DNA of 64,000 nucleotides, taken from positions 496,001 through 560,000 of the forward strand of contig OZ025671.1 of NCBI GenBank assembly GCA_964019335.1, in the 5' to 3' direction. This document shows positions 55,089 through 64,000 of this stretch, piece after piece (position 1 is the first letter of the stretch; each line of letters starts with the position of its first letter). This DNA comes from Diplonema japonicum. Lineage: Eukaryota; Protista; Euglenozoa: Diplonemea. The position numbers were made by a program, and so were the translations under genes. Below the pieces are notes generated by a model. That model was not told the origin of the DNA. It saw only the letters and a program-made list of their open reading frames with translations, and searched no databases.

Positions 55089-58000
55089 CTAAGAATAGTT
55101 CATAGTTGGAAAAGTATCTAAAAGTAACGGAACAGCTCTGGAAGACGAAGAAGCAGGCACAACAGTGCTAGGAGAAAGATAAGATGAGCAGCCCGAACAC
55201 ACATATCTCTGAAGGAGGTTTCGCAACGGCTCGATAACGATCACAAAACACAGGGTGATTATGAGGAAAGCATAGAAGTAAGTATTATAAGTATCCCTGC
55301 TGAAGTCCTTTGTGTGGTACACTGTCCCAAAGGCAGCGATACCCGCCACACATAAATTTGTAAGATACCCCGTAGCAAGCCAACACCGCACTTCTGACCA
55401 ATCCTCTTTTTCATCAGTATAATCGTCACACGGCGCCTCCTGTTCATGATAAGAGAGGACAACCCCTGCAGGATCCGCAGTGTGTGGGTACATTACTTCA
55501 GATGTAGTCATGTTATTTGTACCAGACCCGTCGCCCCAGTCTACATTGTACCTTCTTGATTTGTCTTTCCTTACATCGACTGAAATGACCTTTGCAGGGT
55601 GCCATGCGTTGTTGAACAAGGCTTGGACAAGATCGCCCTCGTTGTGAACAGGCCTTACTTCCGATGGGGGGATCCCAGAAGAACCCTGGCCGTCTCCCCA
55701 CGCCACACTGTAGGAACCGTTTTCTGCAATGTCGTAGACAGTAGCTGGGTGCCACTCCCCATCGAACAGTGCTTCCACGGTTGCCCCTATGGGGATCCCT
55801 GACATGGTGGACTCTCGGATTTCCGCGACATGTTCCGTACCCGTCCCGTCGCCCCAGTCTATGTTGTAGGTTCCGTCCTTGTTCACAGCCATGATGGTTG
55901 CGGGGTGCCATGATTCATCGAAGAGTGCCTCGACACGGTCCCCTGCCTTCCATGCGCTTTCCCTTGACGGTGGTGTTTGGATCGACCGTTCGAAGGACTT
56001 CTCGGGTGATACCGGTGCTACCACCCTCGGCCTGATGTGGTGCTCCATGACGTTGTTGGTGCCCGTCCCGTCCCCCCAGTCCACGTCGTACTTACCGTTG
56101 GCATGCTTTCCGCACACTACGGCGGGGCACCATTCCCCGTCGAAAACTGCCTCCACGGTGTCCCCCAAACACCACACGCCCTGCGGTAGGTTGATGCCGT
56201 GTGTCACGCCACCCCCTTCCCACGTCACATCAACGTCGTTGTCGTACCTGTTCATCACTACACCGTCCACCCATGCCCCGCGGATGAGGCCCACAACCTG
56301 CGTCCCTTCCTTCCATTCCGACGTGTCGATGTCGTCAGGGGACCTCAGCTGCGTCACCACAAGCGACCCTAGAGGGTTCACGGTCTGTGGTCTTTCCGGC
56401 ATCGGCAGTGCTCCTGCCGACTGCATTGAGCGGGCTAAGCTGTCGCCTCCCTCCCACTTTTCACCCTCTTCGGCGGCATGGTACGATTTCGATTTCTCTT
56501 CTGGGAAGTAGCCGGGGCGCAACTTTCTCCAGTACTCCATCCTCGTCAAGGGGGGCTTGAACGATATCTCACATAAGATGATGACGATGTAGCTGCCCAG
56601 CAGCAGGAGGCCGAGATACCCACACACGACAAGCAGGTCCTGCGACCAGTACTTCACAACAACGGCATCAAAAAAGAATGTGAGCATGATGCAAGTGAAG
56701 GCAATTGTCAGGCGGACGTGGCGCACGCCGCTGTGCTCTGGTGTGACCCACATGAGCCAAGCGTGGCCCCACGTGAGAAAATGCGTTGCCACGGCTTGCG
56801 AGTGTGGTGGATCTGAAGGACTGGTGGAACCCTTCTCACGGAGGGTCCTCCACTTGACAGGGCGGAGCCCACTAACAAACATCATGATGAGCAGCAGCAC
56901 AATCCACACAATGTATGCGATTGCCACGAAGTGCAGGTCCCAGTCGTAGCTGTCATCGATCTCTGCAGGTGGTGCTCGGGTAACATTTGTATTCACAGGC
57001 AACGCACAGTTGCTTGTACGGTCGCAGTCAGGTATCACCACACCATTGATGGAGAACTGTTCAACAGGGTACTCCACGTAGTAGTCAGCCCATGTCATCG
57101 TGGCTGTCCCCACCAGACTCGCCTCAGAAGCGTCCGGTCTCACCCGGATGAGGTCACGTGTCTCGTAGGTAGAGGTCGCCTGCAAAGTGTGCGCCTCACG
57201 CATGGTAGTCACTTGAGTTGTGTTCAGACGCCTGATCTCGATGACCACACTGAAGCCCGTGACCACAGGTGAGGGGATAGTACCATTGGTCCACCTCACC
57301 ACTGCAGTGAGGATAAATTCCACCACCCCACCCACAAGGATAATTCTGTTTCCTTCTGAGTACTGCGAAGAGACATCCAGAGATAACTGCGCACGCGGTG
57401 CAGGCCCGGTCCCACCAGTTGTAGGAAAGATGACAGGGGAAACGCTCGGCAACCCGAGCTGCTGCACTTCCACAACCGTGATCTCTTGATCCCCGTTCGT
57501 GTCGTACGTGGCTGTGATGGAAGTGCGCAGACCCTGCGTGTCGATCAAGCGTTTGTCCCATCGGTTTGCTTTCAGGAAGCCGTCCTCGATCTCGGAACTG
57601 CTGACGACACCATTCCTATCTGTATCAAGCTGCTCCACATTGACGTCCTGACTCGACCGCATAGCGGCCGTGCACATCAACCCTGTTGACTGACAAGTTG
57701 TGTTCAAAAGGAAAGGCCCGAACCACAATGCACCCCCAGCGCTGTCAAGGTCGGTGCCCGTCACTGTCATCGAGATAGAGTTACCAGGATACGGTGCCAC
57801 CTGGCGTGTCGTGGTTATTGCCACGGTGGCCCTCGTGTTCTCAGGTGCGATGAGTAGCCCTGACGACGCTGTGCCTATAACTATGGAAGCGAACTGGCCT
57901 GTGACCCTCATGGTGTTGGTTGCTGTGATGCGGCTGAAGTCCACTTCCAAGTAAGCTGCAGCATCGGAAGTAGCGATGTGAAAGTCCACCTTACCTCCGT

Positions 58001-61000
58001 CCGTGTATTCCACCACAACGTCCTTCACGTCTTGATTGAAGGCGTTTGCCAAGTCTTGCCTGATCGCATCGCCCACAGCACCGCGCGACGCGGACCCCCT
58101 TGCCAAGTTGCCAAAGAGCACAGTTCCCTGCACAGGAGTCACGCTGCCTGACCCATCGATATCGATGCTTGGTGTCTGCGTCATCCACCCGCCCATCAGA
58201 GGGAGCTGTAATGCTCCAATCATTTGGTTCATCTTTGCTACCGCGTTCTGGGCTTCCTGCTCGTTGCTGCACCGGATTTGTATCAGCGCCTGAGACCCGT
58301 TGGTTGGGTTCTTCGTCAGTGTTGCACTTATCCTGTAAGAGTCGAGGTCAAGTAAGTTCGCGATGTCCTGTCCGAGGGCGCCCTGAATGCTGCTGGTCCC
58401 AGCCTCCGACGGCCCTGCTTGTTCGGCAGCAGCTATCGCAAAGTGGGCATTTGTCACCCAGATGACATAGTGCGCCAATGTCTTTAAGCCGTACATAGCA
58501 GTGTATACGTCCTCGGCGGGTGGGATTGTCATGTCACCGGGCAGCAGAGTGCTTGCTGTCCTATAAGCAACTTCGGAGTGCTCGGAGTCTATTGCTGTCT
58601 GCCATGTGAGCAACGAGCCCGCTGACTGCGTGTAGGATGACACGCCCACAGTGATGGAATCGCTCGGTATTTTCATGGCAGTTGCAAGATAACTATTCAC
58701 AGCGCTCTTCATTGCCTGCAGAGCGCCTGCCTTACCCATCACCACGCTCCAAGCTGTGCCGGTCATACGGTGCTCACCCCTTACAGTGTCAACTGATGCT
58801 CGTGTGATTTGCACTGCTGCATTTGCAACAGACGACGCTGCTGAGTCCAGAGTCACGCCTGGGGTGATGACAAGCCCCTGCTGCACGGCAGACAGAAGAG
58901 TGTTGCGCATCTCATTAGGGTTCACAGACAGAATAGACACGTGCATCACAGCCTTCCCGGTGCGGTCAGCCACTAGTATCGCAGAAACGTCTCCTGCATC
59001 GAGCGTGAAGGTAGCACGGAGGGCACTGGTGATGGTGGTCTCCAGTGCAGATGTAACAGCAATAGCTTCGACGAAGCGGAAAGTGGCATCAACACGGCTC
59101 TGGGCCGTGCTGTCGGAAGCCTTCAGCGCCACGAGCATGTCGCTGAGTTGATTGAGCAGAGGGGTTACATTTTCGATGGTGGCCTTGCCCGTTGGGGGTG
59201 TGTAAGAAAAAGTCACAAAGGTCACTGACGACACAAGGGAGGACACAACAAATGAGCCCGAGACGGTGTCACCCACGAAACTGTTAGAGGTGTGGAACCT
59301 CGGTGCCACGCGGAGACGAACGGTCGCAGTGCTGCCTGGTGCGATGGTGGCGATCGCTATGCAGTCCGACACACTGCAGCCAGCGGTGTTCTCGTCTTGT
59401 GTAACTTCACTGTAAACGACTTCGCTGTGCAGGACAACACCGTTAACAATGTTAAGAACGCCCTCCGGCTGGTAGACGTGTCCTCTGTTCGTGTTCGACA
59501 GTGTGAAGACGAGGTCGAAGGGCTTCCCGGGGCCTTGGTGCTGCGATCTGTCTGTGGGGCTCAGTGCAATCGCAACATTGGAAACTTCAATGGGCCATGA
59601 CCCAGAGGAGCTGACAGTGCTACCCGAAGGCACTTCTGCGTTCACCGAAGCGGTGAGTGACCCACAGCCGTTCACAGGCACGAAGCACGCCACACTACTG
59701 ATCGTCACTGCCTCATTCGCATTCATGGCACGCGTCAGTGTACAGCTCATGCCTATTGACGACTTCACACATCTCGCGTCGTCGCTTGCTGCATTCCTGC
59801 GCTGCACGACGTGCACGGTCGACGCACCGCTGCACGACACGTTTGTGCTCGCGTAGCCACCTGTTGGTGTGTGTTGCGTAACGGTTGCACTGCTGCATAC
59901 ATGATATGGATACTTCCACGTTAGCGCTGGGGCCCGCACCGCCGTTGGTGACTTGGATCAGCAGAGGTTCATAGATGCCCCTTGCGGCATTGACAGTGTT
60001 CAGATTCACAGACGCACTTGCCAGCTGTGATTGTATTGGTGTTACAGTATTTCTTCATACCACTTCACCCGTGGGCGCCGGGGTGGGTGCGGGGGTAGGC
60101 ACTGGTGTCGGTGCCGGGGTGAGGGGAACGGTCAAGGTAACGGTTTTAGATTCAGTTGCAGTCTGTTGCGTTTGCGTACGACATTGCCACATACCACGGT
60201 CTGCGACTGCGATGCAGTGTGTGAGGGTGTCACTGAGTGTGTGTCCGTGGGGGTGACGTAGAAAGTTGGGCTCACCGAGGAGCTGATTGTTTCCGTCAGT
60301 GTGGGAAGCGTCACCGAAGGTGTGAGTGTCGGGAGGGTGATGGTCCCCGAGGCGGACCGCGTCAAGCGCGTCGGGGACACAGACGCAGTCATTGTCCCCA
60401 CCGTCATGCTCCAAGTGGGGCTCTCCGTAAAGGTAGCGGAGGGCGTGGGGATTGATTCAGTGAAGGTTAACGTCTTGATGGTGAAGCTGGGAGTAGGCGT
60501 TCCCGTGCCTGTGAAGGTCGCGGTGAGTGTTGGCAGTGTTGCTGTGCCCGTTGGCATGGTGATGCTCTCTGTGGCGCTGAGAGACACCGTGGCAGTTGCT
60601 GTTAATGTGGGCAATGTCACAGAAACAGAGGCTGTAGGTGTCACGCTTCCCGTCGGTGTGGGCAGAGTGGAGCTTGGTGTGCTCGACTTCGTCGGCGTGG
60701 AGCTGAGGGACGTGGTTGCTGTGGGGATCGTCATGCTGACTGTTGATGTGAGTGAGTCGGTCCCTGTTGCTGTTGGTGTGGGCACCGTCTGCGACACTGT
60801 CTCGCTCACCGTCGCCGTGGGCGTTGTAGTGAAGGTGCTTGTGCCCGTGGGGACTGTCAAACTCTCTGTGATGCTGAGGCTGGCTGTCATCGTCTCGGTG
60901 GGAGTGGGCAGTGTGCGCGTCTGCGTCACCGAAAGCGTTTGTGTTGTGGTTTCAGTCGGGGTAGGTACAGTGAAAGAGACAGTGGAGGTAAGGCTCTCAG

Positions 61001-61766
61001 TGTAGGTGGCAGTTCCCGTAGGGACCGTCATGCTCACTGTGCGCGACATACTGACTGTTTCCGAGGCAGTTCCCGTGGGCACCGTCATGCTCACCGTGCG
61101 CGACATGGTGATGGTGTCTGAGGCAGTGCCCGTGGGGACCGTCATGCTCACTGTGCGTGACATACTGACTGTGTCGGAGGCAGTTCCCGTGGGTACAGTC
61201 ATGCTCACCGTGCGCGACATGGTGATGGTGTCCGAGGCAGTGCCCGTGGGGACCGTCATACTCACCGTTGAAGAAGATGTGACCGAAATTGTTGCGGTTC
61301 GGATAGTCAGACTTTCGGACATTGTGGCGGTGGCCGTGGGCAGCGTCATCGTATCTGAGAGGGTAGGGGTGGGGATGGTCTGGGTCATCGTTTCAGACTG
61401 AGTCGCAGTGGGCACCGTTACACTCACTGAAGAAGTAAGGGTAGGAGTAGGGATGGTCTGGCTCACCGTTTCAGACTGAGTCGCAGTGGGCACCGTTACA
61501 CTCACCGAGGATGTGAGGGTAGGAACAGTTAGGCTTTCAGTTGCTGAAGCTGTCAGCGTAGGCAATGTAATGCTCTCTGAGGCGGTTAACGTAGGCACTG
61601 TAATGCTCTCCGAGGCGGTTAACGTGGGAAGCGTCATACTCACTGTCTCTGAGAAGGTAGCCGTAGGAGTGGGAAGTGTAGTTGTAAAAGTTTCCGTGCG
61701 TGTAGGCGCTACCCCGTTCGCAGTGCTAACACATAGCAATAGAAGGGGCCCTACCCAGACCCTCAT
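55089..61766 (-). CDS. 2189-aa polycystin-1-like surface receptor (signal peptide, Thr-rich mucin stalk, EF-hand-like loops, 5 TM, 5 Tudor-like repeats), 4 exons
   Basis: Introns 60163-60194, 60025-60060 and 59861-59900 fuse ORFs 60132..61766, 60055..60414, 59713..60009 and 55089..59939. PKD1-like GHAWL..RLT and IEPLRNLL TM motifs. Confidence 0.75.
61010..61265 (-). repeat. 57-bp coding minisatellite (TVSMTVPTGTASDT[I/V][T/S]MSR) x ~4.5
   Basis: AC(C/A)GTCATGCTCAC recurs at 61024, 61081, 61138 and 61195; units alternate. Confidence 0.9.
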
Positions 61767-63005
61767 CTCATGCCCTGTAGTAAGCTAGTAGATACAAATA
61801 CAAGCAAGAGGACAATGCAAGGAAGAAACAAGACTGACGGATAGCATGCTAAGGTGCAAAGTGGCATTCGTAGGAACGCGCCATCACCGTAACATGAAAA
61901 AAGGGGGGGAGCGATAAAGAAGAAAAAAAAGAAGAAGAAAAAGAAGAAAAGAAAAGAAGAACGGACGGTCACTACCCCTTATGTGGAGTATTGCCTTCGT
62001 TCCTAGCCGACCCTTCTTAAAGAAAGAACCCCCCCCCCTTTTTTTATTCCCCCCATTGTCACTAGGTATTTTATTTTCTTTCTATTTTGTGCACGTGTAT
62101 TTCCCCCCTTTTTTCTTTTAGAAACAAGAGTGTGAGTGAAAAATAAAAAAAAAAATGCAAACTCGATCAGTCTTTGCGGAACGTGCGATTGGTGCCCACC
62201 GTGGACTGGGTATCCTACAAAAAAAAAGAATATGAGGGGTTTTTTTTTATTTATTATTTTATTTTACCTCTTTTGTTCTCTTTACCTCATTTTCAAAAAA
62301 AAAAAAAGTAAAAAGAAAGTCGTTTTCAGAAAAAAACCAGGGGAAAAAAAAAAAAAAAAGAATTCAGAGAAATGAAAGAAAAAGAATATATGAGTTAAAG
62401 GAGGCCGGTGTTGGCGGCGCCCTGCACAAGAACTGTCTACTTGATTACAGGGGGCGCGCCGCGGCCGAGTTGTAGCTTCTTCTGCGTTGCGGTGTACAGC
62501 TCAACCCCAGCCGGTGCCCGGGTAACCAAGATTCTGCGCTCGTGCAGTTTGCTGCCTGTTCGTCACCCTGAGCATCTGCATTATGTTCTTCCACTCGGGC
62601 GCTACCGGTGATGACCGACGAGGAGGTCAACAGCGAACAACACATCTGATGGTTTTCTTATATTTTCAGTTATCCCCACCACCTTAAAAGAAAGAGAGCA
62701 TATAAAAAAAGAAAATAGAACCTGCGCCGTGTTGCTTGTCACTCCGGTCAAAGGCGTAACACCACCACCCCTCCCTCCCTTCCTTCCTTTTTTTCCTTCT
62801 TTTCCCGCAACCTCGGCCATACTAACTTCATGCTTTAAGGCACAGAAATAAAGAGGAACCAAATATGCAGAAGTTTTTCTTTCACACCCTTTCTTTTCTA
62901 AAAATCCTCCACCTGTCGCAAATATACCAAATTAAGTACCTCATTCAGTGTTATATAATATCACCGGAACAGTAGATGGAATAGATGAACGGGGAAGAGG
63001 AGTAC

Positions 63006-63046
<41 letters not shown>

Positions 63047-63124
63047 TCAAAAAAAGAAGAGAAAACAGAACCTAAAAGAAAAAAAAAAAAGAAAAAAAGA
63101 AAAAAAGAAAAAAAAGAACTTATT

Positions 63125-63403
63125 TCACAACAGTAACTTCATAACGCCATGCGATTGCTTCGATTTCGCAAGGTCGAGGGGGGTTTCCCCTGCTTTGTTC
63201 TTCAGGTATTTGTTACACCCGAAGTCTAGAATCGCCTTTTTTTTTTCTTTTTTTTCCCCCCCTTTTTCTTCTTCTTCTTCTTCCCACACCTTTGCCGCTT
63301 TTGGTCTTTCAAACAACGCAGCCCAATGGAGTGGTGTGTCACCTTCCTCATCCGCAGAGTTGCAGGTTTCCTTCGTAAGCAGTGCCGAGAGGATGCTGGC
63401 CTT

Positions 63404-63406
<3 letters not shown>
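63125..63406 (-). CDS. Ankyrin-repeat protein (probably only 3' exons)
   Basis: GDTPLHWAA and GETPLDLA; in-frame purine-rich intron 63236-63289. Confidence 0.75.
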
Positions 63407-63446
<40 letters not shown>

Positions 63447-63457
63447 TATTATTATAA

Positions 63458-64000
63458 CCCCTAAACGCCCGCGCGGACGTTTTTGTCCTTATTTCAAAAT
63501 TTGCTTTTTCGCTAAGTACTTTTTTTTTGAACACGGCCCCTGGACTTCAAAATATGGCATTGTTGCGCGGTTTATTTTGTCTTGGAACTACATTTTGCGT
63601 TAAAAGTTTTGTTTTAATTGAAACCGGCAGGGTTGGCTTAAAATGAAATCAGATGGTCAAAATAGCAGCGAAAACGTGAGTCTCCCCCGACTGGTCAGAA
63701 AAAGAAGAAAAAGACGATGAGGCGGTCAAAGAGGGGCCGGAAACGATGCTTGGGTGGGAGAAATACTCCCAAAGCGCCCGAAACATATCATTTCCGTAAA
63801 AAGGTGGGCTTTGGACACCTCTAGGTGAAGCGGCCAATGAGGAGGGTGTTTTTAATCTTTTTTTTTTACACACGCGGTACTTGAGCTCATAGTTTCTTCC
63901 ACGAACGGTCGTTTCGGTTCAAAAAAACAGCACAATAAAAGTCATGGCACCACGAAAAAGCAACTCGGTGGGCATCAAGGTAATCGCTACATGCGACTCA
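63458..64000 (+). mobile_element. Second copy of the CCCCTAAACGCCCG piggyBac family (runs off the window)
   Basis: ATAA|CCCCTAAACGCCCG. 63458-63647 and 63872-63931 match the reverse complement of 44912-45157. Ends in MAPRKSNSVGIKVIATCDS, a piggyBac KPxKxGIK-like motif. Confidence 0.9.

Noticed and set aside
1-64000. Stop-codon reassignment, frameshifting or euglenid-type non-canonical introns
   Set aside because: TAA, TAG and TGA all end conserved genes, and every host-gene frame break I examined is explained by a GT-AG intron.
1-64000. CRISPR arrays, tRNA, rRNA or SL RNA genes
   Set aside because: No repeat-spacer array or recognisable conserved RNA motif seen; a covariance search could still find small RNAs.

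Overview
Eukaryotic, homopolymer-rich nuclear DNA in which every supportable host gene (about 30) lies on the minus strand, often under 130 nt apart. This fits a polycistronic, SL-trans-spliced euglenozoan, diplonemid-like because cis-introns are present (taxon is inference). I reconstructed 24 short (31-89 nt) GT-AG introns by hand. They join many fragmentary ORFs and reveal genes the ORF track misses. Genes include AP-1 sigma, SDE2, a bacterial-type FAD/Fe-S D-lactate dehydrogenase, two tandem purple acid phosphatases, VIT/vWA, Kelch and RRM proteins, GPC1, a GH18 chitinase, an AGMO-like hydroxylase, a degenerate TRF4-like nucleotidyltransferase, a PTP, a kinase with a CAP-Gly tail, a CELF-like protein, a PKD2-like channel, GT61, LYAR and a 2189-aa polycystin-1-like receptor. 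Three defective piggyBac elements are present. Two signals stand out. (1) Cis-intron acceptors are preceded by A/purine/AC tracts, while gene-start (putative trans-splice) acceptors are preceded by pyrimidine tracts. (2) A PKD1-like receptor with only the 5-TM module and cytosolic Tudor repeats sits near a PKD2-like channel carrying a PAN insert. All family calls come from motif recognition, not database searches.
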